Source: Desulfocapsa sulfexigens DSM 10523
Lineage (GTDB): Bacteria; Desulfobacterota; Desulfobulbia; Desulfobulbales; Desulfocapsaceae
Direction: 5' to 3'
Assembly (NCBI RefSeq): GCF_000341395.1
Contig: NC_020304.1
Span: forward strand, 1,110,001 to 1,142,000
Length of the DNA stretch: 32,000 bases
Below are positions 8,832 to 18,423 of this stretch, in pieces; the stretch's first letter is position 1, and every line of letters begins with the position of its first letter. The translations under genes and the position numbers were made by a program. Below the pieces are notes generated by a model, which was not told the origin of the DNA, did no database searches, and saw nothing but the letters and a program-made list of their open reading frames with translations.

Positions 8832-8847
8832 CCGCCACATGTGGCGG
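8832..8847. promoter_or_regulatory. perfect 16-nt palindrome CCGCCACATGTGGCGG (possible activator site, or the glgP terminator hairpin)
   Basis: It lies ~100 nt upstream of the sigma54-like element at 8717-8733 and ~207 nt downstream of the glgP stop. On the minus strand it is followed by ATATATTT. Confidence 0.3.
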
Positions 8848-9053
8848 GCCCCCAGGATATTGAGGGTAATGGTGAGGGATCATCAGGAAATCAGAACAAC
8901 TGTTTTACGACTGGAGTAACTGCGAGGTCCTTACCAACCCTTGCAGCTAGGCATGTAACGGTTACAATTCTTTGCTGGTCAGAGGATCGCCCATTATTTT
9001 CTCTTCCTTGTTGTAAAGGACTTTCAATCTCTCCAGGCAAAATTTCCTTTGGC

Positions 9054-11579
9054 TTACTCCAGCCAGCGAATGAAATTGGCCTCCAGCGGCACCGATAAAT
9101 CCGCATGATAGGGAATCACCCGTGGAGTGTAATTTGCTGCCGGCCGCACAGCGGGCATAGTTGCATGGTACTGGTAACCAACAGTCGATCCAGCGAGCAT
9201 CTCACCACGATCCATGGTTACACACACAGGATCGGCATCCGGGGGCAGCGGGTCAGCGTATAATTCGACCCGGACCGCGGTCGGCAAAATCTTGCCCAGA
9301 TAGACTTCCACTTGAAACAGGTGCCTCGTTGAAGATTCCTGTACTGTGTATTGCCCGAAACGTAATTGTTGCCAATGATTGGTGAGTGAGATGTGCCATT
9401 GTTCTATGGCAGCAGATAAGCTCGCATTGTCGGCCGCACGGCGCCGGTATGCCATTGCTGCCGACAGGTAATAATCGTCGGTATATTCCCGCGCCATTCG
9501 ATTACAGGAAAACCTGGGTGTCAACCGTGCCAGGCTCTGACGCATCCTGGCCACCCATGACGTGGGTATGCCCTGTTCATCACGGGTGTAAAAGGCCGGC
9601 ACCACTTCCTGCTCCAGAAGCATATACAGTTCCTCTGCTTCCACCGCATCCCAGGCAGCATCATGATCATGCTCCTGCCCGTCGCCAAGGGACCAGCCCA
9701 CTTCGGGTTCATAGGCTTCAGCCCACCAACCGTCCAGTTCCGACAGGTTAAGACCACCGTTGACCAGCACCTTCATGCCGCTGGTACCACTGGCTTCCCA
9801 GGGGCGGCGCGGCGTATTCAACCAGAGGTCCACGCCCTGAACCAGTTCAGCAGCGAGCCCCATGTCGTAATCCACAAGGAACACACCGTGTCCATGTATT
9901 TCCGGTCGTCGCATATAGTCATTCCACTCTCGCACAAGACGCATCCCTTTTTCATCCTGGGGATGAGCCTTACCGGCAATCAGAAGCTGTACAGGACGCT
10001 CGGTATCGGTGAGCAGGCGTGTCAGGCGATCTGGATCGGCAAGGAGCAAGGTAGGCCGTTTATAACTGGCAAAGCGACGAGCAAAACCGATGGTCAGAAC
10101 ATTCGGATCAAACAGCTGGAGACATTGCAGGACGCCCTCTTGACTGACACCACAAGCTGCCTGCTGGCGGGCCAGGCGTTGCCGTACTTTTTCAACAAGC
10201 GGCTGCCGTGCCCGGTTCCGCATGGCCCATAGTTTTTCATCGTCCACATTGTGCCAGGCCTGTTCTATGCTTTCCAGGGTGCTGAGCCAGCTCCCCTTGC
10301 CGCAATGTTCGGTCCACAGGGCATCGGCCGCAGCAGAATCCCACGAAGGCATATGGACGCCGTTGGTGACATGACTGATAGGGATTTCATGCTGCGGCCA
10401 TCTGGGAAACAGAGGACAAAAAATACGGCGGCTGACCTCGCCGTGCAAACGGCTGACACCATTTACTCTCCCACAACCGCGCAGGGCAAGATAAGCCATG
10501 TTAAAGGAGTCACGGTCATCACCATCGAGCCCGTCGCCCAGAGCCAGCAATGCATCCATGGAAATCCCAAGCTGCTTGACATAACCAGAAAAATACCGTG
10601 CCACGAGCTCGTACGCAAAACGATCAAAACCCGCGGCAACAGGGGTATGGGTGGTAAAGACATTGCCGGCCCTGGTACTTTGAAGAGATAAGGAAAATGA
10701 TCGGTCGTTGAGTTCCATAAAGCGACGGGCACGCTCCAGCACAACGAAGGCGGCATGCCCTTCATTCAGATGACATACCGTTGGAGAAATATTGAGCGCT
10801 TCGAGCAGGCGCCAGCCACCAATGCCCAGCACGATCTCCTGTTGCAGGCGCATTTCTCTTCCACCTCCGTACAACTCGCCGGTGATACCCCGATCACCCG
10901 GATCATTAAGGAGATCGTTGCTATCCAGCAGATACAGGGGAATCCGACCGACCTGTGCCTGCCAGCCGCGCAAATAAAGGGTGCGACCCGGCAATTCCAC
11001 GCTTATTCGCAGCCATTCCCCATCAGGCCCCTGTAAAGGAAGTACAGGCAGCATAGTAGGATTGTTGTATGGAAAAAAAGCCAACTGGTTACCATCGGTG
11101 TCGAACGCCTGACGAAAATACCCCTGCTGATAGAGCAATCCGATGCCGACCAAAGGAATACCCAGATCACTTGCTGTCTTCAGGAAATCGCCAGCAAGTA
11201 TACCTAAACCGCCCGAATAGATAGGCAGCGCCTCACTCAAGCCAAATTCCATGCTGAAATAGGCCACGGCTCCCAACTTGTTGTCGCCATGTCGCTCTTC
11301 AAACCAAGTTGATTGACTCAAATACTCCTTGCGATAGTCGAACTGACGCTGCAGTTCATCGACAAAATCGGTATCGCTGGCAAGGGTTTCCAACCGCTTT
11401 CTGGAAATACTTTCCAGGATCAGCCACGGATCTTCTGTCGCCTCCCAAAGTTCGGCATCAACTTTCTGCCAGAGGGTATCGGCGCTATGGTTCCAGTTCC
11501 AGCGCAGGTCTAGCGCAAGTTCTGTAAGCCCTTTCAGTTGCTGGGGCAGAGACCGGGGCAGGTATCGTTCTGGGTTCAT
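9054..11579 (-). CDS. glgP: alpha-glucan (glycogen/maltodextrin) phosphorylase, bacterial GlgP-family long form
   Basis: The 841-aa product contains YFSMEFGLSEALPIYSGGLGILAGDFLKTASDLGIPLVGIGLLYQQGYFRQ near the N-terminus and the PLP-lysine region EASGTSGMKVLVNGG. Confidence 0.92.
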   Translation of the reverse strand: MNPERYLPRSLPQQLKGLTELALDLRWNWNHSADTLWQKVDAELWEATEDPWLILESISRKRLETLASDTDFVDELQRQFDYRKEYLSQSTWFEERHGDNKLGAVAYFSMEFGLSEALPIYSGGLGILAGDFLKTASDLGIPLVGIGLLYQQGYFRQAFDTDGNQLAFFPYNNPTMLPVLPLQGPDGEWLRISVELPGRTLYLRGWQAQVGRIPLYLLDSNDLLNDPGDRGITGELYGGGREMRLQQEIVLGIGGWRLLEALNISPTVCHLNEGHAAFVVLERARRFMELNDRSFSLSLQSTRAGNVFTTHTPVAAGFDRFAYELVARYFSGYVKQLGISMDALLALGDGLDGDDRDSFNMAYLALRGCGRVNGVSRLHGEVSRRIFCPLFPRWPQHEIPISHVTNGVHMPSWDSAAADALWTEHCGKGSWLSTLESIEQAWHNVDDEKLWAMRNRARQPLVEKVRQRLARQQAACGVSQEGVLQCLQLFDPNVLTIGFARRFASYKRPTLLLADPDRLTRLLTDTERPVQLLIAGKAHPQDEKGMRLVREWNDYMRRPEIHGHGVFLVDYDMGLAAELVQGVDLWLNTPRRPWEASGTSGMKVLVNGGLNLSELDGWWAEAYEPEVGWSLGDGQEHDHDAAWDAVEAEELYMLLEQEVVPAFYTRDEQGIPTSWVARMRQSLARLTPRFSCNRMAREYTDDYYLSAAMAYRRRAADNASLSAAIEQWHISLTNHWQQLRFGQYTVQESSTRHLFQVEVYLGKILPTAVRVELYADPLPPDADPVCVTMDRGEMLAGSTVGYQYHATMPAVRPAANYTPRVIPYHADLSVPLEANFIRWLE

Positions 11580-11727
11580 GGTTCACCTCTGCTCAATTCT
11601 TTTCATTATTAACAAATTCGATATGTCTTGCAAAACCACAGTTGCCCAAAACACATGTTACCAATTGGGTTATGGAATCCTCACTGCATCACGTACATAT
11701 TTCACTTGATGCATCTGGACAAAATCA

Positions 11728-12840
11728 TCAATCATAGAAAAAATGAAAACCAAGTCCAATAAACTCCACGGGATCGCGTGCGTAAAACTGCCCGTTAGGA
11801 GAACTCCCATTGTAATATTCGATAAGGATTTGCAGTTTACGGCTCAGAAAAACAGGGTTTTCCAGTTGAACCCCGGCACGTAACGATACATTCGTATCCC
11901 AATCGCCCTCTTCAAAGTTCTGCAGATCGAGTGCCACAATTGGCCTGAGAGCTCCGCCCAGCCATGCCTCAGAGCTCCTGAACTCCAAACCCGACTGTGC
12001 TAGCCACGGCCTCAGGTCGGAAGGATCACGATCAAACAGATAGCCTCCTCCTCCGTATATGCGAAAACCTAAAGGAAAATTATAGGAGAGAAGCGTACCA
12101 AACCCTTCATAGCTCAGATTAATTCGTTCTTGCGCTTGACCGCTCAGCAGGTACTCATCCCCCAGATGGGAACTTTGGTGAAAGATTCGTGCCATTGCGG
12201 AAAAATTGTCTTTTTTGAGCGAGAGGGGAATTGCAACATAGTAGTCGGCATTAACTAGATCAAGCGAGTCGGCATCCATATCGAAGATGGAGAAAACTCC
12301 AGCCTGAAGCCCTACCTCCATCTGACTGTTCCACGGCCCCCCAAAGCGGTAGAAACTGAAGGTTTCACCGAAGCTAGTCGAGCCCACCCTCTCCAGCTGA
12401 CTGTTTTGCTGGTATTGCTGGTAGGAAACAGAGAAATGCGGCCAGCGCGGATCCGCAAGAAGCGATTTAAAAAGCAGATCCCGTGGCAGAAAGACGTTTA
12501 CCTCCGTTGCAATATCCGACTTCCCATCCGTTGGTGTGATCTTGCCATCCTCGACAACAAATACCTGACTGACACCTTCAATCGAAGAAAGCGAAGATTT
12601 CATTCGGTCGCGCACCTCATCTGGAGCCTCCAATCCCCGGATATAGATGACTCCGGACTGAACGTTGAGCTTTTCCACTGTAATCTGAAAGTCCCGTTGC
12701 AGAATCGCCGCAGCATATCCACGGATAAATTCGTCACTTGCCGGAGCGGCCCCGGAACTACAGGGAAAAAATATCACAAGGAAGAGCAAGCCTGAAAAAA
12801 TATGCCATACATGCGACCTCTGTTGCTGAAAATGATTCAT
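11728..12840 (-). CDS. DUF1207-type outer-membrane protein with an N-terminal BON-like segment
   Basis: It has a signal peptide. LLADPRWPHFSVSY is the hallmark DUF1207 motif, followed by beta-rich alternating sequence and a C-terminal aromatic (HFFYD). The N-terminus has ...VQSGVIYIRGLEAPDEVRDRMKSSLSSIEGVSQVFVV. Confidence 0.85.
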   Translation of the reverse strand: MNHFQQQRSHVWHIFSGLLFLVIFFPCSSGAAPASDEFIRGYAAAILQRDFQITVEKLNVQSGVIYIRGLEAPDEVRDRMKSSLSSIEGVSQVFVVEDGKITPTDGKSDIATEVNVFLPRDLLFKSLLADPRWPHFSVSYQQYQQNSQLERVGSTSFGETFSFYRFGGPWNSQMEVGLQAGVFSIFDMDADSLDLVNADYYVAIPLSLKKDNFSAMARIFHQSSHLGDEYLLSGQAQERINLSYEGFGTLLSYNFPLGFRIYGGGGYLFDRDPSDLRPWLAQSGLEFRSSEAWLGGALRPIVALDLQNFEEGDWDTNVSLRAGVQLENPVFLSRKLQILIEYYNGSSPNGQFYARDPVEFIGLGFHFFYD

Positions 12841-12849
12841 TTCCCCTCC

Positions 12850-12963
12850 TTAAATAAGGGTAGTTCCCCCCACTTGACCTGCTGCCGAGACAACCACCTG
12901 TTCGCCAGAGTTGAGACCAGATAGAATCTCGACTTGACCATCACGGCAACCTCCTCCCTTTTT
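12850..12963 (-). pseudogene. possible relic of the 3' end of an efflux periplasmic-adaptor (HlyD/MFP) gene
   Basis: This stop-to-stop fragment has no start codon: KKGGGCRDGQVEILSGLNSGEQVVVSAAGQVGGTTLI*. The VEI.SGL..GE.VVVS pattern is typical of adaptor C-termini. An alternative reading as a 35-aa uORF is given in the findings. Confidence 0.3.
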
Positions 12964-13062
12964 TTATATATCATTTACAAATGACAGAGGAACATTACCT
13001 CCTTAACAGCTATGTAGTCGCGTTTTTGGTCATCCGAACTTCCCTTTACCATGTCGGCCAGT

Positions 13063-13542
13063 CTAATCACCCTTTTTGCCGTGCCCTCTGTTTTGTTTAT
13101 CCTGTTTACTCTTACCTTTATCGTCGTGATCTTTTTTCCCTTGGTCACTCCACTGCTTCTTCCACTGTCCGTAAGGGATATGGTGTTCCTTTTCGTAACG
13201 GTGTCGGTAATCCTTCGGTAACTGGTACAATGGTGCTGGAACATGATGTTTTCCTATACTTTCCCACGACCCGTTATAGGCATTGGAGCGGTACCACTGG
13301 CTCCCCCGCGGCCTCCACCAATAATTATCGTAGAAGAACATGTCAGTCTCGGCCTGGGGAACAAAATAAATCGTGGAATTCGGTATCATGACCACTGCCG
13401 GGGGTTCGGCAACCATGATGGGAGGGGGGCCAATATTGATAGAGACATGGATTTCGGCAGATGCATTGTTCATGCCTCCCGGGACAAACAATGCCAGCAA
13501 AAGAACACCCACTTCTAACACTCTCCAAATAGTTTTTTTCAT
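13063..13542 (-). CDS. secreted 159-aa protein with a W/Y-rich core and a Lys/Asp/His-rich tail
   Basis: It has a signal peptide (VLLLALFVPGGMNNASA) and the core FFYDNYWWRPRGSQWYRSNAYNGSWESI. I do not recognise a family name. Confidence 0.75.
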   Translation of the reverse strand: MKKTIWRVLEVGVLLLALFVPGGMNNASAEIHVSINIGPPPIMVAEPPAVVMIPNSTIYFVPQAETDMFFYDNYWWRPRGSQWYRSNAYNGSWESIGKHHVPAPLYQLPKDYRHRYEKEHHIPYGQWKKQWSDQGKKDHDDKGKSKQDKQNRGHGKKGD

Positions 13543-13627
13543 TTTTCTCCTCAGAGTTTAACAGTTCCTCTACATGTAAAAAAAAAACAAACTTTGTCTC
13601 AGCTAAAACTATTCTTTATAGATATAA

Positions 13628-13643
13628 AGCAAAAGGCATGCCG
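13628..13643 (-). promoter_or_regulatory. sigma54 promoter (-24 GG / -12 GC)
   Basis: The minus strand reads CGGCATGCCTTTTGCT, i.e. GGCATG-N4-TTGCT with exact consensus spacing (TGGCACG-N4-TTGCW). It is ~85 nt upstream of the 13542 start and directly downstream of a sigma54 activator gene. Confidence 0.55.
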
Positions 13644-13756
13644 CATAGCAAAAACCGCTAAAGACACACAATATAAATTAATAACAAATGATTACCTTAA
13701 CATGAGGAATAGAGGGAGAGGCGGCCGTGGACCCTTTGGCCTCAGCATGCCGCGGA

Positions 13757-13774
13757 CCCTCAGAATTCTGAGGG
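13757..13774. promoter_or_regulatory. perfect 18-nt palindrome CCCTCAGAATTCTGAGGG, candidate activator (UAS) site
   Basis: It lies ~113 nt upstream of the sigma54 element. An extra CCTCAG half-site sits at ~13740-13745. No U-tract follows it on the minus strand, so it is a poor intrinsic terminator. Confidence 0.35.
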
Positions 13775-13901
13775 TAGAAATTTCATGGAATCGAACGATT
13801 TGGCGGCTCATTGATGCCACAGTGAACCCAATAAATGAACGTTAGCTAATATTGAAGACAAGGAAAAGTTGGCTTTCTCCTGGTCCCAGATCATGGGCTG
13901 A

Positions 13902-16031
13902 TCATCCCGAGTTGGACTGTGAAGAAACATCTCCACGAACTATCCCGAGTTTATGCATTCTCGCTCGCAGGGTGCTGGGGTGGAGCCCCAAGATCTTGGC
14001 AGCCCCCTCTTTCCCCTCAATTTGCCATCCCTTTTCCACAAGGGTACCCAGGATAAGCTTGCGCTCCATCTCCTTCACAGTTCCGCCCAAGAAAGAATCA
14101 AGAGGGGGTGAAGGATTGAGGTTATCCGCAAGCTGAAATCCCGGCCCAGGGCAGAGAATCACAGCCCGTTCGATGATACTTTCAAGTTCTCGTACATTTC
14201 CAGGCCATTGATAGTCCTGCAATGCCTGCATAGTTTCCTTGGGGATAGAGGTGATCTGCTTCCCCATTTTCCGAGCATATCGTTGCACGAAGGCATGAAC
14301 CATGGGCACAATATCTTCCACCCGCTTTCGCAGAGGGGGAACCGTGATGGGAAAGACGTTCAATCGGTAGTACAGGTCCTTCCGGAATCTGCCACCGGCA
14401 ATCTCATCCACCAGGTTCCGATTGGTCGTTGCTACGACACGTACATCGACCTTAATGGTCTTGGAGGAACCCAACCGTTCAAACTGGCCATGCTGGATCA
14501 CCCTGAGCAGTTTGGCCTGCATTTCAAGGGGCAATTCACCTATCTCATCAAGGCACAAGGTAGAACCATCCGCGCTCTCGAACCGACCGACCTGTCGGGT
14601 ATCAGCCCCGGTATAAGCCCCTTTTTCCCGGCCGAACAGTTCACTCTCCAGCAAGTTGGCGGGCAGGGCGGCACAGTTCACGGTAATAAGCGGTCGATCC
14701 CGGCGGGAACTCAAATGATGGATGGCAGTGGCAATCAGCTCCTTACCCGTACCGGTCTCGCCGAGGATCAAAACCGTGGCATCGGTTGGTGCAACCTGTT
14801 CGGCTCGATAGAGAACATACTTGAGGCCATCGCTCTGCCCAATAATATAGTCAAATTGGCTCCTCTTTTCTCTCACCTTATGAATGTAGATATTCTTGAT
14901 TACCAGGCGGTCTTTCAGCGCTTTGATTTCAGCAAGGGCTTGGAGAAGGGATGCTTTCACCTGCTTATTTTCTTTGATCGCCTGCTCATATTGCTCAGTG
15001 AGTCCGTGCGCTTGGGTTCTACGCTCAGCCCTTCGTCGCTCCGTTTCATCACCGGCAACCGGGGAAGACACCGCCAAAAGATTCTGGTCGGTAACATCGC
15101 GAATGTTACACTGAATCACCTTCGTATTATTTACAAGATAGATACTGCTGATACATTCCACGGCAATTTCCCGACCGTTTTTGGTTTCCAAGGGTAAATT
15201 ATCGTATCGGACATATCCTTTGCGCTGTAATTCCGAAAATACTTTTTTTGAAGCGGCAGTATCGTGAAGACAACCAATATCCCAGAGTTTTTTCCCGAGC
15301 ACTTCCTCCGCAGAATACCCCAGTATTTCGGTGAGGAAAGGGTTGACATCAGTTATCTCGCTCGTCTTGGCATCAAGGATCAATATACCTTCCCTGGCTG
15401 CCTCGAAGAGACTACGGTAACGAGTTTCCGAGGCCTGCAGCGCCTCCTCCAACTCCCTGCGCTCACTGATGTCGGTGACCGTAGTCCGGCAGATTGAGTG
15501 TTCGCCGCCAAAGCCTATGGAAGATGGAATGGAATCAAGCTGGGCGTAGAAAGGTGTACCGTTTTCTTGAAGGAGGGTGAGGGAGCAGGTCTGTTTGGAC
15601 GACGCAGCAAATACTTTTTTTAAATGCAGGTAAAAGAGATCACTGTCATCCTGGCTCATAAAGGAAGAAAAAGGCCTTTTGAGTAAGGCGTCCCTCCCCC
15701 CCCCCAACTGTCTGCTACCAATACGATTTACCGCTAGGATATTCCCTTTCCGGTCAAGGGTGAAATACCCGACCGGGGCCTGGTCGTACAGGTCCACGTA
15801 TTGAGTGTGGGACTCCTCAAGTTCGTGTTGCATCTTTCGCAATTCTTCGTTTTGCGCCGCAAGCTCCGTCTGATGTACTCGGAGGTCATGGATCACCTCC
15901 TGATAATCATCGGGTATGAAATTCAGCTTATCAGCAACGCACTTGTCCCCTGGCTTGATAGCCTTTTTACGTTTAGAACTCTCGATGGACGTTTGCGCTT
16001 TGCGCTTATCGCTTTTCATACCCTCTATCAT
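13902..16031 (-). CDS. sigma54-dependent transcriptional activator (coiled-coil/PAS-PAS-AAA+-Fis HTH), no receiver domain
   Basis: Walker A is [11 protein letters not shown]. It has [15 protein letters not shown] (a GAFTGA-type sigma54 contact loop), WPGNVRELE and a C-terminal HTH ([21 protein letters not shown]). Two PAS modules lie N-terminally. Confidence 0.92.
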   Translation of the reverse strand: MIEGMKSDKRKAQTSIESSKRKKAIKPGDKCVADKLNFIPDDYQEVIHDLRVHQTELAAQNEELRKMQHELEESHTQYVDLYDQAPVGYFTLDRKGNILAVNRIGSRQLGGGRDALLKRPFSSFMSQDDSDLFYLHLKKVFAASSKQTCSLTLLQENGTPFYAQLDSIPSSIGFGGEHSICRTTVTDISERRELEEALQASETRYRSLFEAAREGILILDAKTSEITDVNPFLTEILGYSAEEVLGKKLWDIGCLHDTAASKKVFSELQRKGYVRYDNLPLETKNGREIAVECISSIYLVNNTKVIQCNIRDVTDQNLLAVSSPVAGDETERRRAERRTQAHGLTEQYEQAIKENKQVKASLLQALAEIKALKDRLVIKNIYIHKVREKRSQFDYIIGQSDGLKYVLYRAEQVAPTDATVLILGETGTGKELIATAIHHLSSRRDRPLITVNCAALPANLLESELFGREKGAYTGADTRQVGRFESADGSTLCLDEIGELPLEMQAKLLRVIQHGQFERLGSSKTIKVDVRVVATTNRNLVDEIAGGRFRKDLYYRLNVFPITVPPLRKRVEDIVPMVHAFVQRYARKMGKQITSIPKETMQALQDYQWPGNVRELESIIERAVILCPGPGFQLADNLNPSPPLDSFLGGTVKEMERKLILGTLVEKGWQIEGKEGAAKILGLHPSTLRARMHKLGIVRGDVSSQSNSG

Positions 16032-16142
16032 TTCTTTAAGAACTTATGGGAATGCAAGAGCAAAGGCAGCTTATCTTTTGTATCACTCAAGCAAATTGAA
16101 GAGAATATCTTTAGATCATCCTCATAACAAGAATTCATTTTT

Positions 16143-16171
16143 AGTATAGTTTCAAGTCCAGGATTGAGCAA
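16143..16171 (-). promoter_or_regulatory. possible sigma70 promoter of the activator gene
   Basis: The minus strand reads TTGCTC-17 nt-TATACT, ~110 nt upstream of the 16031 start. This rests on a motif match only. Confidence 0.25.
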
Positions 16172-16407
16172 ACAAATTTATTCCATGCCCCCTTCCCTCC
16201 TGTACCCCAGGCCCCACGGCAAAATACAATACACCCTATACATCCATGCCTATAGAGCTGTTCTTGGAAAAAAAATTTCCTTTTTACCCGTTTGACATAT
16301 ACAATCAAAAAATGAAGAGTAACATACCATCCCCGCGTAGGCGGAGATGAGGAACAAAACTGGCCGAGCTTTGCACGTAGTGATCAGCTAAATATCAGGA
16401 GAAGAAA

Positions 16408-18072
16408 ATGGAAATGACAATTGGAAAAAAATTTGGATCCGTCCTGGTCCTCATCTTTGTCTTGCTCTCGGTCTCCATTGTGGTGAACTGGAGAAACGGC
16501 CTGGCCACCATAGAACTTGCGGACAAAACACGGAACGAATCGGTCGTCTTTGCCATCAAGGCAAAGGATATGCAGATCGCCATCATCCAGGTTCAGCAAT
16601 GGCTCACTGACATTTCAGCCACCAGAGGAGCGGAAGGTTTCGACGATGGCTTATCCGAAGCAGAGGCCAATGCTCGGATCTTCAAGGCACTGTATGAAGA
16701 TTTCCACAGGATGTTCAGCGATGAGGACGAAGGGGAAGCGGTTCGGGAACTCGAAAAACTCGACGAAGATTTTGATGCCTTTTATGCAATGGGTAAAAAA
16801 CTCGCCGCCACCTATGTCAATGGTGGACCTGCCGAGGGAAACAAGCTGATGAAACAGTTTGATCCTCTTGCAACAGCTCTTACCGAAGAAGTCCAGGCCC
16901 TTGTCAAGGAGCAGGTGAATGAACTTGTTGATAATATGGGGAAAATCGAGTCAAAAATACAACAGGGCCAAAAGATCAATATGATATTAAATTTTTTCAC
17001 CCTGGTGGTTGCACTCTTTTTTACCTATTTTGTCACGAACGGTATTCAAAAAAATGTCCAAAAAATTCTAGTATTTGTCAACAGTCTGGCCCGCGGTGAT
17101 TTATCATCTACCATAGATGTTCAATGCCGCGGAGAGCTGCGAGATATCGCAGAAAACCTTGACGAAATGCAAACAAACATCAATTCCATGCTGCGGGATG
17201 TCATTGAGGGAAACCAGATGCTCTCTTCTTCATCCTCAGAGCTTTCCTCTGTGGCCAATCAGATGTCTGCAAATGCTGAACAGACAACAGGCAGGGCTAA
17301 TACTGTTTCCGTAGCGGCCGAGGAGATGAGTGCAAATATGGACTCTATTGCCGCCGCTTCTGAAGAAACTTCAGTCAACGTCAACATGGTTGCCTCTGCC
17401 GCTGAAGAGATGTCCGCAACCATAACAGAAATTGCCACCAATACGGAAAAAACAAGTCAGATAACCCAGCAGGCCGTTAGCCAGGCAGAAAACGCCTCTA
17501 CTCAGATAAACGAATTAGGATTCGCGGCCCAGGAGATCGGCAAGGTAACAGAAACTATCACTGAAATATCAGAACAGACCAACCTTCTTGCCCTCAATGC
17601 AACCATTGAAGCAGCCAGAGCCGGAGAGGCCGGTAAGGGTTTTGCCGTGGTCGCCAACGAGATAAAAGATCTTGCCAAGCAGACTTCCCAAGCCACCGGG
17701 GAAATCAAAGATAAGATCTCTAAAATTCAGGCTGCAACAAACAATTCAGTCACAGAAATCACAGAAATCACAGAAGTGATAAATGAAATAAGTAAAATGA
17801 TCTCCACTGTTGCGACAACTGTCGAAGAGCAGGCGGCCGCCACGCAGGAGATAGCCAGCAATGTTTCCCAGGCCTCTCAGGGTATTCAGGAAGTCAACGA
17901 GAATGTGGCTCAGGCCTCGTCAGTCACCAGGGAAGTAGCGGCTGATATTGCTGAAGTGGGACAGTCTGCAAAAGAAATGAACAATAGCAGCTCGCTGGTA
18001 AATGTGAGCGCTGAAAAATTGAGTTCCCTCGCTGAGAAATTAACGGGTGTGCTGAGTCGGTTCAAGGTGTGA
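16408..18072 (+). CDS. methyl-accepting chemotaxis protein (TM - helical periplasmic sensor - TM - HAMP - signalling domain)
   Basis: AGGAG lies 6 nt upstream of the ATG. The highly conserved hairpin tip is [38 protein letters not shown]. Confidence 0.92.
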   Translation: MEMTIGKKFGSVLVLIFVLLSVSIVVNWRNGLATIELADKTRNESVVFAIKAKDMQIAIIQVQQWLTDISATRGAEGFDDGLSEAEANARIFKALYEDFHRMFSDEDEGEAVRELEKLDEDFDAFYAMGKKLAATYVNGGPAEGNKLMKQFDPLATALTEEVQALVKEQVNELVDNMGKIESKIQQGQKINMILNFFTLVVALFFTYFVTNGIQKNVQKILVFVNSLARGDLSSTIDVQCRGELRDIAENLDEMQTNINSMLRDVIEGNQMLSSSSSELSSVANQMSANAEQTTGRANTVSVAAEEMSANMDSIAAASEETSVNVNMVASAAEEMSATITEIATNTEKTSQITQQAVSQAENASTQINELGFAAQEIGKVTETITEISEQTNLLALNATIEAARAGEAGKGFAVVANEIKDLAKQTSQATGEIKDKISKIQAATNNSVTEITEITEVINEISKMISTVATTVEEQAAATQEIASNVSQASQGIQEVNENVAQASSVTREVAADIAEVGQSAKEMNNSSSLVNVSAEKLSSLAEKLTGVLSRFKV

Positions 18073-18129
18073 AATGATACGCGTTCAGCTCCAGGGCATG
18101 GGCAGATGATATCTCTTCCATTCCCCTCA

Positions 18130-18169
18130 CTCCGCAATGATGTACAATATACCGTACATCATTGCGGAG
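18130..18169 (+). terminator. 16-bp perfect stem-loop downstream of the MCP gene (terminator-like, no U-tract)
   Basis: CTCCGCAATGATGTAC - aatatacc - GTACATCATTGCGGAG begins 58 nt after the MCP stop. Confidence 0.35.
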
Positions 18170-18423
18170 CAGAAGAACATGATGCATCTTCTCAACAAGT
18201 CCCTTTCTCCAACACATAGTGAGCTTGCCTGAGTAGTAAGGGGCAATATCCTCTCTCCAAAATATCATTTTTATATCTTTTTATTCGATTGCCTTTGTAT
18301 TTTACCCCTCATTTCTGATAGCCTGAACAAAGCTCATTCAATCCGTTAGAACAGTGAGACTAAGAGCTGTGTTCTATAGTCAAAAGCCTTATCCCTTTGT
18401 TTCGTTTGGCTCAGGAGTGATAT

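Noticed and set aside
9161-11527. Multiple 60-190-aa ORFs on both strands inside glgP
   Set aside because: All overlap the 841-aa phosphorylase frame, which has unmistakable family motifs.
11580-11727. TGGGCAAC...TTTTGCA upstream of glgP as a sigma54 promoter
   Set aside because: The GG-to-GC distance is 14-15 nt, not 12.
14208-15197. 329-aa plus-strand ORF
   Set aside because: It is antisense to the AAA+ core of the sigma54 activator. This is a shadow ORF.
16361-16375. TGGCCGAGCTTTGCA upstream of the MCP gene as a sigma54 promoter
   Set aside because: The GG-to-GC distance is 11 instead of 12 nt. sigma54 promoters do not normally tolerate a 1-nt spacer change. It is kept only as a note.
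17751-17777. Three tandem 9-nt units (cacagaaat cacagaaat cacagaagt) in the MCP gene as a possible heptad-breaking insertion
   Set aside because: It is in frame (TEITEITEV). The segment length between the conserved landmarks matches what I expect for this MCP region, so there is no evidence of an insertion.
18062-18268. 68-aa minus-strand ORF downstream of the MCP gene
   Set aside because: It spans the 16-bp hairpin and overlaps the MCP stop, with no RBS. It is most likely a non-coding spacer.
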